Shown here: in pieces, positions 19,631-29,512 of the stretch
Numbering within the stretch: the first letter of the stretch is position 1
Layout of the letters: each line of letters begins with the position of its first letter
DNA from: Nannocystales bacterium
GTDB taxonomy: Bacteria; Myxococcota_A; Polyangia; Nannocystales; Nannocystaceae
Assembly: GCA_050633305.1 (NCBI GenBank)
Contig: JBOEGF010000016.1
Span: 32,001-96,000, forward strand
Direction of reading: 5' to 3'
Length of the DNA: 64,000 nucleotides
Position numbers and translations under genes: made by a program
Notes under the pieces: model-generated
What the model saw: only the letters and a program-made list of their open reading frames with translations
The model's database searches: none
Told to the model about the DNA's origin: nothing

Positions 19631-20616
19631 TGCGGCGACGAGTCTTGCGACGGCCGCGACCTCGTCTTGCGGCGACGTGGCGACAGTGGGTTCAGGAGAA
19701 CTTGGCCCACGGCGGCGACGCGGATGAGATCACCGCCGTACTGGTCGATGAAGGCGTGCCCGTGGTCCAGGCGCGCGCAATCGTTCGCCAAGCCTGCAGA
19801 GCGCCCGCGACCGCGACCGCACGGGCGTGGGCACAGGTCGCCCGACTCCGAGCCGAGCTGCGAGCCCCGCAGATCGAACGTGTTCCATTCCCGGGGGTCG
19901 AGGCGCTGAATCGCCGTTACTGGGACACCAACACCGCCGTGTGCTTTGACGGCTTTGCCCGGACCTGGCCCGCGTGCTCCCGGTGGCAGCCGTCCTACTT
20001 TGCGGACGAGTTTGGTGAGGTCAGCGTGGAAGCGTGTGTGGGGCGCAGCGCCGATGCTGAACCCGACATCAACGCCGCGTCGCTACGCGAGAAGATGTCG
20101 ATGGCAGAGTTTGTGGCACGGGTCGAGGCCGCCGGAGTCTCCAATGACCTGTACTTGATCGCGGGAAACGGGAACTCGCGCACCGACGAGTTCGCGCCAC
20201 TGTTCGACGACGTGTTGCCCCCGCCCGGCTTGTTCTCTCCCGAACACCTGCGCTCATCCTCCGCGCTGTGGTTTGGCCCGGCGGGCACGATCACCGCGCT
20301 CCACCACGATACGTCCAACATTCTGTTCTGCCAGATCTGGGGACGGAAGCGGGTGCGGTTGGCTCCTCCAGACAACGCGTTGCTCCTTCCGCTCGCGCGC
20401 GGCCTGTACAACCATGTCGACCCGCGAGACCCCGCGCCAGAACACGAAGATGCTGCGGGCTCGATGTTCGAAGTGCTGCTGGGGCCTGGCGACGCCCTGT
20501 TTATTCCGGTTGGGTGGTGGCACCACGTGGAGGCTCTCGATGTTTCGATCAGCCTCGCGCTCAACGGTTTCGCCCGCGAGAATGCCTACCCCTGGTTCTT
20601 GCCCGGTCGTCGCTAG
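19630..20616 (+). CDS. JmjC/cupin-8 Fe(II)/2-oxoglutarate oxygenase
   Basis: LWFGPAGTITALHHD (HxD), QIWGRKRV, LGPGDALFIPVGWWHHV (distal His). Confidence 0.9.
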   Translation: MRRRVLRRPRPRLAATWRQWVQENLAHGGDADEITAVLVDEGVPVVQARAIVRQACRAPATATARAWAQVARLRAELRAPQIERVPFPGVEALNRRYWDTNTAVCFDGFARTWPACSRWQPSYFADEFGEVSVEACVGRSADAEPDINAASLREKMSMAEFVARVEAAGVSNDLYLIAGNGNSRTDEFAPLFDDVLPPPGLFSPEHLRSSSALWFGPAGTITALHHDTSNILFCQIWGRKRVRLAPPDNALLLPLARGLYNHVDPRDPAPEHEDAAGSMFEVLLGPGDALFIPVGWWHHVEALDVSISLALNGFARENAYPWFLPGRR

Positions 20617-20755
20617 TGCTTCGGGGCGCCCCCCAAGGACATGCATCGAACCCGCCCTTCATCGGGCGCTGCGAGGGCTGTAGCGCCCGGTTGGGCGAAG
20701 ACTCGGAGGGTGGTGGCCCCCAACAAACCGACCCCGAGCCGGGTAGCATCGGCAT

Positions 20756-21421
20756 GTGGTGGCATGCGCCAATCGAGGACGAATCCTGAGCCTGTTGCTG
20801 GTGACGAGCTGCGTTGCCGACGGGAGCGACAACGGCGGCATCGGGACGACGACCTCTGAGGGAGGAACCGCTGCGGAGACCGAGGTCGGCGAGACCGCGG
20901 GTGCGGAGTCGAGTTCCGAGGGGAGCGGGATGAGCACCACAGGACCCTCGACCGCCTCGGGCGTGACCTCGGCTGCGACGACGATGCCACCCACGGACGG
21001 CGACACCGGGGACGAGAGCTCGACGGGCACCCCGCTTCCCGAGGGCCCCGGTTGCAGTGTGCAGGTCGTAACCCACGGGGAGCTTTTTGACCCCCTTCCC
21101 AAGGGCGAGGACGCGGGTCTTTTTCCGGTGAGTGTGGGCGAGGCGCTCGAGGACTACTGCGGCTGTCACACCCTGATGAGCAACGCGCAGAACATCGAGC
21201 ATCCGGGACTCGAGGCTCCAGGCGGTACCTTGTTCCTGGAGTACGCCGACATCGGCCGGTCCTTTGGTGGAGGCACGTTGGGCCAGGCGATGGCCGAGGA
21301 GGTCTACGGCTATGCGATGCCGCCAGGAAGCTGTTCGTACCCCGGCGACCCTGCGGGGATCTTGGCGAAGTGGTTCGATGAAGGCATGCCAGACGGCACG
21401 AACTTCTCGCCGCCGGAGTGA
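20756..21421 (+). CDS. Lipoprotein with cytochrome c-like domain carrying a CxCH motif
   Basis: VTSC lipobox, ST linker, YCGCH, distal AMPP and ILAKWFDEG. Confidence 0.6.
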   Translation: MVACANRGRILSLLLVTSCVADGSDNGGIGTTTSEGGTAAETEVGETAGAESSSEGSGMSTTGPSTASGVTSAATTMPPTDGDTGDESSTGTPLPEGPGCSVQVVTHGELFDPLPKGEDAGLFPVSVGEALEDYCGCHTLMSNAQNIEHPGLEAPGGTLFLEYADIGRSFGGGTLGQAMAEEVYGYAMPPGSCSYPGDPAGILAKWFDEGMPDGTNFSPPE

Positions 21422-21451
21422 AGCTCGTGCATCAGATGCGGACTCGGGGCA

Positions 21452-22045
21452 CTAGCTTGGCGTTGCTCGCTCGACCATGATGAAGACCTGGGGTCCAACG
21501 GTGTGCCCGTGGCGGTCCTCGGCATGAAACGTGCCCACGTGCGTGAGCTGCCCGGGCTCGAGGAGGCCTTCGAACGTGAGCCGGTGCGCGGGCACTCGCT
21601 CGGCTTCCCCCTCGACGGCAAAGCGTGCCTCCAGTTGGAGCTCAACGTGATCTTTGGACAGGCGCGGCCGGGCTTCGAGTGAGAACAGATGGTGGTCCTT
21701 GTCGTCTCCAACCTCCAACTCCATTTCGCCTCGGCTTCGGCCCAAGAGCATCGGCGACAACAACAGCGTGCACCCGCCGGCCTCACACGTGGGGGAGGAC
21801 CGAATCGCGTCGGGTAGTTGCTCGTCGACCTGATCGCCCGAGGCCGATACGACGAACAGACGCATCGCCACCAGCTCCGGCTCGTCGGGAACGACGAGTG
21901 CAGGAGTGGGGAGCGCGGAGTCGGAGACGACGACCGTGGACTCGGGGTCGTCGCACTGTGGCGCAGCAGTGGTCATGGGGCCGGAGGCACAGGCCACCCC
22001 AGTGGCGACGGGGAGACAGAGGAGGGACGCGCGGAGGAGGGACAT
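21452..22045 (-). CDS. Hypothetical lipoprotein
   Basis: GVAC lipobox, coding-like codon usage. Confidence 0.6.
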   Translation of the reverse strand: MSLLRASLLCLPVATGVACASGPMTTAAPQCDDPESTVVVSDSALPTPALVVPDEPELVAMRLFVVSASGDQVDEQLPDAIRSSPTCEAGGCTLLLSPMLLGRSRGEMELEVGDDKDHHLFSLEARPRLSKDHVELQLEARFAVEGEAERVPAHRLTFEGLLEPGQLTHVGTFHAEDRHGHTVGPQVFIMVERATPS

Positions 22046-22172
22046 GGATGGCCGTTGTGCAACCTCGGTGCCAACCGATTTCGCTGCATCCGAGCGCGGG
22101 TCGTGGGGTGTTGGCGCCAGGCGGTCAGCGGCCTACCGCGTGCGTGGACAATCTGGCATCCGGACCCCGCGC

Positions 22173-24314
22173 TCACTCCCGCGCGACGAGTTTGTCTTCT
22201 TCTACGGAGAGGTCCGCGACCACCGTACTCAGTGCGATATGAGCTTCGAGACGCTGGTTGTTCAGCTCGCTGACCACGAGGAGCGCCGCGTCGAGCTCGT
22301 CGCTCACGCTGCGCATACGCTTGGCGAGATGGGCGGAGAGCGAAGTCCGCTTGGCCTTGCGCAGCAGCACCAGCTGATCCCGGAGCTCGCGCGTTCGGGT
22401 GCGAAGCGCGGCGACCTTCTCCTGCTGGGTGAGGAGCTTCTCGTACAGCGTCAGCGCGGTCTCGTGCGCATCGATGAGCGCACGGAGCTGGGTTGCGACC
22501 GTTGCAGGGGCCCTTCCGGACTCCAGAAATTGTTTCACGGTCACCAGGTCTTGGGTGCTTCGGACATTCAGGGTCGACTCCAGGGGCATCGATTCCGCGA
22601 GCGAGAGCTCGGCACGTTTGCCTGCGGCCACGCGCACGGGAACCAGCACATCGTCGCCATACTTCTGGGTGTCTTTCGGGAGGTCTTGCATGGACCAGCC
22701 CGTCGGAACCGTGTGGCGGACGTAGACCGTCGCATCCTCCGCGCCTCGGTTGTGCAGTCCGAGGGTCGTTGTCCGCACCCGTGACGTCTCGGTCGTCGCG
22801 AGCCCTCGGCGGACGTGCACGATCCTCTGGATTTCGTCGTGCGTCTCGGACTCGCGGCGCATCCGAATCATTCGGTCGAGGGCATACGGCACCAGCGCGT
22901 GGGTTCGCGGAGGGATGGCGTCGGCCAGCCCCTCCCCGAGGTACTGTCCCTGCGAGTAGACGGTGACCGGCCCGGAGTCGAGCGTGTGCTCGGTGGGGTT
23001 GACGATGCGCACCGCATTGAACGCAAAGCGGTTGGAACCGCGGTCACTGGTCGGGTCGAACAGATACACTCGCTGAGCGGAGGTTGGGGCCTCCAGCAGC
23101 GTGACCATGGCGGAGTGCCCGACCGCGAGCGTCAATGGGTCCTCCGCAACGAAGAGTGCGCTGCCACGGGGGGCATCGTCGCCTTGGTCGCTGACCGCCT
23201 GTGTCATTTCCGTCCCCATCTCGATCGCGACGACTTGCAACACGGAGGTCGGGTCGCTCACCACCCCCTGGCCTTGCGCAACCTCGATCCGGTCAGCCTC
23301 GATCCCCGAGGAGATGAGCGCCTCGCGGAGTGTGTTGGCACGTCGCAGCCCTGCCTCCGGGTCGTCGGACTCGTCGCGAAGTTGGTACCCCTCGATGCGG
23401 ACCCGGCCGGGGTCACTGCGGAGTTGTTGGGTTAGCAGTTCCACCGCGGTGGGCGGTGGAGGCTCACGCGGTTTGCCCGCCTTGGGAGCGCGGCGGCTCG
23501 AGCCGAAACTCGGACTGTTCACGTTCGCACCTTCGACGGTGTACTTGCTTTCCGATGCGGTCGTCCCTGCCAAACTGATGCCGCCGGAGTCCCGAGACGC
23601 GGTCGAACTCGCTTCAACCACTGCCGTGAAGTCGCGGGAGGTCGACGTCCCGACGGGGATGTTGCGAAACTCTTCCATTGCGACGTTCGCCAAGACCCGC
23701 TGCCGGGTACCGTCTGCGGAGTACGTGCTCCCGCCCTTGGGAGGCGCCATCGCCAGCTTCTCGCTGGACTCCAACCTCTGCCGTTCCACCATCTGGACGC
23801 TGTGAAGGTCGTACCGAAACGACAGCGCAGACGTTGTTCCCACCCCCACGCGCACGTCCTCCCAGGCCTCGTTCGAAACGTTGTCGACGACCGCGAGCGA
23901 CTGGAGAACTGCAGTCTCATCGTCCTTCAGGCTCACCCGATAGCTCGGCTTCCACGACGGACTCTCGGTGACGTACGTGATCAAGACGTCGCGCTTTCCT
24001 GGCGGCAGCTCGATCGTCATCGCGATGGATGAACTCGATGTACCCCCTGGGGTTCGGTAGGAGACCGACAACGGACTTTGGTCGGCCAGGTCGATGACCG
24101 TCAGGGACTTGAGAAAGTCGTCGACCCGAGCGCGCGGGACTTCGATCGAGAAGGACCCATCGACCGTCGCGCGACGTTCGAAGTACGCGACGCCGTTGCG
24201 GTACACGACCACCCGTCCAAGAGGAGCCTCGAGCTTGGGCGCTTGGTGAGCGCACCCCGGCGCTCCCCAAAGCGCGGCGGCAAGGAGAACAGCGGTTCGG
24301 AACTTCGTCGACAT
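22173..24314 (-). CDS. DUF4139-family lipoprotein with inserted plug-like and OmpA-like segments
   Basis: RVVVYRNGVAYFER, DDFLKSL, SWKPSYR, VDNVSNEAW, LDSGPVTVY; C-terminal coiled coil; APGC lipobox. Confidence 0.8.
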   Translation of the reverse strand: MSTKFRTAVLLAAALWGAPGCAHQAPKLEAPLGRVVVYRNGVAYFERRATVDGSFSIEVPRARVDDFLKSLTVIDLADQSPLSVSYRTPGGTSSSSIAMTIELPPGKRDVLITYVTESPSWKPSYRVSLKDDETAVLQSLAVVDNVSNEAWEDVRVGVGTTSALSFRYDLHSVQMVERQRLESSEKLAMAPPKGGSTYSADGTRQRVLANVAMEEFRNIPVGTSTSRDFTAVVEASSTASRDSGGISLAGTTASESKYTVEGANVNSPSFGSSRRAPKAGKPREPPPPTAVELLTQQLRSDPGRVRIEGYQLRDESDDPEAGLRRANTLREALISSGIEADRIEVAQGQGVVSDPTSVLQVVAIEMGTEMTQAVSDQGDDAPRGSALFVAEDPLTLAVGHSAMVTLLEAPTSAQRVYLFDPTSDRGSNRFAFNAVRIVNPTEHTLDSGPVTVYSQGQYLGEGLADAIPPRTHALVPYALDRMIRMRRESETHDEIQRIVHVRRGLATTETSRVRTTTLGLHNRGAEDATVYVRHTVPTGWSMQDLPKDTQKYGDDVLVPVRVAAGKRAELSLAESMPLESTLNVRSTQDLVTVKQFLESGRAPATVATQLRALIDAHETALTLYEKLLTQQEKVAALRTRTRELRDQLVLLRKAKRTSLSAHLAKRMRSVSDELDAALLVVSELNNQRLEAHIALSTVVADLSVEEDKLVARE

Positions 24315-24438
24315 CACGGGGCCAACGACCGCGTGGCGCGACGCTGACATGTTCCTGGGACAGATGCTTTCGTGGCGGGGCCCTGGCTCCATGGCTGCTC
24401 GGAATAGGTTGGCGGCGATCCAGGTATGCTCGCCGCCA

Positions 24439-24936
24439 ATGACCGTCGCCGAGCTCATGCACTCCATCGTCAACTCTGGGTTCGCCGTCGGCCTCGGAGT
24501 CGCGATGTTGCCGCTGATCTTGGGGGCAGCCGCGTTCCTGACGGGGCGCGGTGGCAATCGCGTGCTCAGTCAGCGGCTCGCCAACATCAACATCGCGATC
24601 GGTTTCTTCTCGATCCTGGTGGTGGGTTGCTGGTCGCTGTACGCGGTCACGGTCGAGGGGATGATCGGGTCGACGAACGTTTTGGTGTTCCTGGCTCCCG
24701 TCTACATGCTCGGGGCGGGGTTCGGCATCGAGCACATCCTGCATCCAGGGCAGCAAGAGGACATCCGCCAGCGGGTTCGCAAGGTGTTGATGTTCATCTC
24801 GGTCCTGGGCGTCCTGTACTTCGTGATGAGCCGGCTGAACATGCACATGATCATCTGGACCAACGTGGCCGGGTTCATCTTCTTCATCGCCGCGCTGATC
24901 GGGATTCTCTACCTGCTGATCCGAAAAGTCGTCTGA
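24439..24936 (+). CDS. Hypothetical integral membrane protein (about 5 TM)
   Basis: Hydrophobic helices, strong GC3 bias. Confidence 0.75.
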   Translation: MTVAELMHSIVNSGFAVGLGVAMLPLILGAAAFLTGRGGNRVLSQRLANINIAIGFFSILVVGCWSLYAVTVEGMIGSTNVLVFLAPVYMLGAGFGIEHILHPGQQEDIRQRVRKVLMFISVLGVLYFVMSRLNMHMIIWTNVAGFIFFIAALIGILYLLIRKVV

Positions 24937-25061
24937 GACCGAGGTCGCGTTCCGGTGCGCTCCGGTAGCCACGCGTCCTGACTCGGGCCGGACGCGGATG
25001 TCGTGTGGGCCGACGTGTTTGTCACGTTGACTGAGCGCCTGTCGGCCCCCACTGTCATGAC

Positions 25062-25490
25062 ATGGCTAGGCTTGTCTCTTGTGTTCGCTGCGCCCGCCCG
25101 TTCGTGAACGAAGACCGTTCATGTCCGTTTTGCGGACCGGAAACCGGGGACCCCGACCCCGGGGGACGCTGTTCGCAGCGGTGGCCATGGGCTTGGCGCT
25201 CGGCGGTTGCGCAGCGGACGAAGAGGGCACCAGCTCCTCCACGATGAACGCTGGCTCTGAGTCGGGCTCGACTTCGAGGACGACGATGAATCCCGACGCG
25301 AGTTCGACGACGTGACGACGAAACCGCGGGTGAAGCGACCTACGGGGGTCCCGTGACGGACACCGAGGGCGACACCACGACAACGGGCATCGCGCCGGAC
25401 ACGGACACGGACCCGAGCACCGGGACGAGCACCGGCGGAGACATCGATACCGACACCGACGGAACCAGCTCCTCCTCGAGCAGTGGGTGA
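25062..25490 (+). pseudogene. Zn-ribbon/lipoprotein-like gene with YGGP motif, broken by two compensating frameshifts
   Basis: Frame A MARLVSCVRC...CPFCG; frame B TLFAAVAMGLALGGC + ST linker; back to frame A DDETAGEATYGGPVTDT...SSG-stop at 25490. Confidence 0.6.
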
Positions 25491-25499
25491 AGGCGGCGC

Positions 25500-25925
25500 T
25501 CAGTTCGGGATGACGCGGCGGTAGACTGCGACGTTCCCAGGGCTCTCGCCGTTCGGGAGACGGACGACTTGGGTCACGCGCATCGCATCCCCGGAGGCGT
25601 CGAGTTGGCGTTGTGCGACCATGAGCTCTTTGCCATCGAGGTAGGCGTACGAGTTGAGCTCGCGGGGCGACACCGCCTCGACGGCGAGCGAGTCGGCGAG
25701 CTCCCCGGCGGCAAAGGGCATCTTGGTGCCGTCGGGAAAACCCGAGAAGGAGACCGAGCCGGACTTGCCCGCGGCGTCGACCCACTGCGCCGTGAACTCG
25801 ACGGTTCCGTCTTTGTTTTCCGCGATCCGATAGGACCCGGAGGTTGGCGGGTCGCCTTGCTCGTACTGGCAGCTCTCGGGGATGAGTTGCCACAGCCCGA
25901 GGAAGTCTCGATAGACGCGGTCCAT
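25500..25925 (-). CDS. Hypothetical beta-barrel (lipocalin-like) protein
   Basis: FLGLWQLIPESCQYEQG N-terminal GxW motif; high GC3. Confidence 0.65.
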   Translation of the reverse strand: MDRVYRDFLGLWQLIPESCQYEQGDPPTSGSYRIAENKDGTVEFTAQWVDAAGKSGSVSFSGFPDGTKMPFAAGELADSLAVEAVSPRELNSYAYLDGKELMVAQRQLDASGDAMRVTQVVRLPNGESPGNVAVYRRVIPN

Positions 25926-25994
25926 CGCGGAGAGCCTAGCGCAAGTTTTTGTCACCTGGTGACACTGAAAAGCCCGGCGTGATAGGCAGCGATC

Positions 25995-26735
25995 ATGAGG
26001 CTTCGAAACCGCTGGGTAGCACTCGGTCTGGTCGCGCTTCTCGCTGCATGCAGCGACGATGACGGCGGTGGCGGCTCAGGGTCTGGGACGGAGTCCGGGG
26101 TAGGGACAGGATCCTCGTCGACCGGGGATGCCGCGGCGACCAGCGCCGCGTTGACCACGACGGGGTCGCAAACGCAGGGGACAACGCCCGGCAGCGGTGA
26201 GACCTCCGGCGGTCCTTCCTCCGAAACCGATCCCTCGGTCGGGACCTCGGCAGGCTCAACCTCTTCCGCCGCAGAGACGGGCGTGGGCTCCGAATCAGGC
26301 GGCGGCGAAGATGGGGGCGGCAGCATCGATGTCACGTTGACCGGTTGCGACGTCGACTTCGGCGGCACGATCGTGGTCTCGTACAATGGCTCACTGGGCG
26401 TGGCCTCGGTGTACGACAGCGGCGCGACGCTGACGGGCAGCTTTCAGTTCGACCTCGACGGGACCGGCAGCATGGCGTTGAGCAGCCAGCACCGTGTCGA
26501 CACGGGCAACGTCATCAACATGGTCGACATTGGCCAGGGCACCTGGACCAACCTCGACTCCGACGCGCTTTCCGGTGGTGATGACAGCATCGGCGGAACC
26601 CTGGACGTCGACGTTTGGAACCCATCGCGCGGCCAAGCGGAGTTGACGTTCTCCGGAGTGTCGCTGATGAACGTGGTCAACGGGAACGTCTGCACGATCG
26701 ATGGAACCGTCATCGCCGAGGAACTCTATCCGTAA
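25995..26735 (+). CDS. Lipoprotein with STG linker
   Basis: LAAC lipobox; beta-rich C-terminal domain. Confidence 0.8.
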   Translation: MRLRNRWVALGLVALLAACSDDDGGGGSGSGTESGVGTGSSSTGDAAATSAALTTTGSQTQGTTPGSGETSGGPSSETDPSVGTSAGSTSSAAETGVGSESGGGEDGGGSIDVTLTGCDVDFGGTIVVSYNGSLGVASVYDSGATLTGSFQFDLDGTGSMALSSQHRVDTGNVINMVDIGQGTWTNLDSDALSGGDDSIGGTLDVDVWNPSRGQAELTFSGVSLMNVVNGNVCTIDGTVIAEELYP

Positions 26736-27167
26736 CAGGCCGGGGCTTGCTGTGCGGATCGGAAGTACGGCCGATACGGACTGCCTCCTGGGTATGGACG
26801 CCCAGGCCGGTGCGCTATCCCGCCTCTCGAGTGCGCGACGCTGAGAACGCTCCGCTTCTGACCGCGAGAGCGATCTAGCGACTCGACCTGATAGGCATGG
26901 ACCGCTGCTCCGCAAGCGGACCTCCCCCGACTTCGCATAGCCTCTACACGGAGATCGTCGAGGTTCCTCGCTGGGCACTTGCGCTTCTGGATCCGCAGGT
27001 GGTCATCCACGAAGTCGAAGGTCTCCTCGACCGTCTGGTGGCAGGTCCCGGCACGTCGCGCCCGCATTGGGCCGTGGCAGCGCTGGCAAATCGAGACATC
27101 GATGGATGGTGCAGCGTGCTCAATCCCGCCATTTGACGGCTTCACTTGCAGGCTGGTACGGGGATTC

Positions 27168-29249
27168 GTGGTCGGCTTGTCGCGAGGGGGTGCGCTGTTG
27201 GTGTTGGCTGCGTTTAGTTGCGGGAGGACCCCGGCGCGGACCGAGACTCTCGCGCCAGAGCCAGAGAACCCGCGGACGGTTTCAGCAGCCAAACCGACCA
27301 ACGCAGTCGCCCCGGCCGCCGATAAAGAGCATACCGTCCAGATCGGAGACCACTCGTTTTCTTCCACCGCGAAGAAGGTGACGCTTCGCCTCGCCTACCC
27401 GACGGACTTGACTCCGCTGACTCATCTCACGGAGCTCGAAGACCTTGAACTCATGGGCGACGCGGTGGACATCGCCGAAATTCCGCCGCTGCCCAAGTTG
27501 CGAAAGCTCCGAGTGAGCAGGGCCAAGGAGATTCTCACCCTCAAGCCCCTGGAGGCGCACGCCCAGCTGGCCGAGCTCGAGCTCCAATACGTGGAAGTCC
27601 GGGACATCTCCGCCCTGCGGTCCCTGTCTTCCCTCAAGAAACTCGAACTCACCTCGACCAGCTCCGACATCGCCCCCTTGTCAGACCTCGCCCTGGACGA
27701 ATTACGGCTCGGGCTTCGTCACGTGACCAGCCTGGATGTCCTGTCAACGGCCACGACGCTGCGCTCTGTTCACATCAAGGGCACTGAGGTCTCCGACCTG
27801 AACGCTCTGCGGGGGCTAACGGAGCTCGAGCGCCTGGCCGTGCCGGCATCGGTGACAGACCTGGAGTTTGTGCGGCATCTGCCAAACCTTCGCCACCTCG
27901 ACCTTCGCTTCTGCCGCGCGCCCAACCTCAAGCCTCTCCTGAGCTTGAAGAAGCTCGAGTCCTTGGACCTGGGACGGACGCTTCCTGACCTCGAGATCGT
28001 TGGCCGTCTCAAGAGCCTCCGCGTCCTCAACTTGTGGGGGGCCCAAGTCAAGGACATTGGCCCTTTGGCCAACCTCGAAGGGCTCCGCGAGCTGGATCTC
28101 GCGGAGACTCGCGTTGTGGATCTGTCGCCCCTGGCCTCGCTTGCGAAGCTAGAGGAACTCTCCCTCAAGGACTTGCACCAACTGACGGATGTCAGTGCCC
28201 TGGCGGAGCTCGCGTCCCTGCGCCGTCTCGATCTCACCGGCGCGCGCGAGCTTCGCGATATTCGTCCCTTGGCCAAGCTCACCCAGCTCGAGGAGCTAGA
28301 CCTCGGCTATCTCGTTGATCTGAAAGACATCTCGGCCCTCGCCGGGATGTCCGAGCTGCGGAAGCTCGTGTTCTATCGGAATGAGGTTGCGGACCTCACT
28401 CCGCTCGAGGGCCTCGCATCTCTGGAGGAGCTCCGGCTGACCGGCGTTCCGGCCGAGACTTTGGTGCCGTTGGTGCCTCTGAAGAATCTCAAGCTCCTCT
28501 CCATCTCTGGCGCACCCGTCTCCGACCTGAGTCCTCTCGCCGAGCTTGCCAACCTAGAGAGCTTGGAGTTCGACCGGACCCATGTTGACGACATTGGTCC
28601 GATCGCCAACTTGCATCGGCTTCGGGTTGTTTCGATGAACGGCGACGTCACGGACATTCGGCCCCTCCGCAACCTTACCCTGCTGAGGCATCTCGATCTC
28701 AACAACGCCCCCGTGCGCGACCTGGCTCCTCTCGCCGAGCTCATCAATCTCGAAGAGTTGATCGCCTCCGGGAATCAAGCCGCGAGCCTGGCACCGCTCG
28801 CTGGCATGATCAACTTGCGCATGTTGGACCTCGCCGAGGGAAGGGCGACGGACCTGGCTCCTCTTGCCGGACTCATCCAGTTGAGCGACCTGGATCTTAG
28901 CGGCAATCCCATCGACGACATTGGCCCCCTGGCCACGTTACGCCGGATGAGTACCTTGAACCTGGGAGGTACTCTTGTTTCGGACATCGCCCCGGTCGCC
29001 GACATGAAGCGACTCGAGCAGCTGTGGGTTGGGGCGACCAAGGTGTCGAATCTTCACCCCGTTCGCAATCTGAGGCAGATCCACAGCCTGGGGCTGGGGC
29101 AGACTCCGGTCCGCGATTTGAGCCCGCTGTTCAAGCTACCCAAGCTGGAGCGCCTGTGGTTACCCGACACGCTCTCCGGCAGCAAGGCGGTACGCAGCTT
29201 GCGCAAAGCCAAGCCCAACCTCGACCCGATCTGGGAGGCCGGAGGGTGA
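27168..29249 (+). CDS. Internalin-like leucine-rich repeat lipoprotein
   Basis: AFSC lipobox; about 25-28 repeats of ~22 aa (DLxPLxxLxxLxxLxL); start uncertain. Confidence 0.9.
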   Translation: MVGLSRGGALLVLAAFSCGRTPARTETLAPEPENPRTVSAAKPTNAVAPAADKEHTVQIGDHSFSSTAKKVTLRLAYPTDLTPLTHLTELEDLELMGDAVDIAEIPPLPKLRKLRVSRAKEILTLKPLEAHAQLAELELQYVEVRDISALRSLSSLKKLELTSTSSDIAPLSDLALDELRLGLRHVTSLDVLSTATTLRSVHIKGTEVSDLNALRGLTELERLAVPASVTDLEFVRHLPNLRHLDLRFCRAPNLKPLLSLKKLESLDLGRTLPDLEIVGRLKSLRVLNLWGAQVKDIGPLANLEGLRELDLAETRVVDLSPLASLAKLEELSLKDLHQLTDVSALAELASLRRLDLTGARELRDIRPLAKLTQLEELDLGYLVDLKDISALAGMSELRKLVFYRNEVADLTPLEGLASLEELRLTGVPAETLVPLVPLKNLKLLSISGAPVSDLSPLAELANLESLEFDRTHVDDIGPIANLHRLRVVSMNGDVTDIRPLRNLTLLRHLDLNNAPVRDLAPLAELINLEELIASGNQAASLAPLAGMINLRMLDLAEGRATDLAPLAGLIQLSDLDLSGNPIDDIGPLATLRRMSTLNLGGTLVSDIAPVADMKRLEQLWVGATKVSNLHPVRNLRQIHSLGLGQTPVRDLSPLFKLPKLERLWLPDTLSGSKAVRSLRKAKPNLDPIWEAGG

Positions 29250-29512
29250 GCCGCAACGTCTCGAGGTTCCCTTTCCTTGCCCCCGCTCCGCGACTTCGCT
29301 CCGATCTTGGGCTCTACGTTTCGAACCCCCAGAGGAGTTTTCCTTCGAGGCTAGAGTCGTGGACCATGTGTGCGGATCCGTCCGTGGCCCTTCGCTCGAC
29401 GACACCATCCAGCGTCACCCACGGGCGAGACGTGCCTGCTGGGCGAGTGGCCCCGAGGTCCTGACAGCCCTCGAGTTAGCCGTGGACACAGGCCTCGTGT
29501 GCGTGACACCGA

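Noticed and set aside
19183..19791. LPELPL repeats in the extended TetR ORF
   Set aside because: Antisense reading of the GSS repeat of the APMP lipoprotein
25313..25315. TGA as a second possible Sec codon
   Set aside because: Readthrough meets another stop within five codons, no redox motif, and a frameshift explains it better
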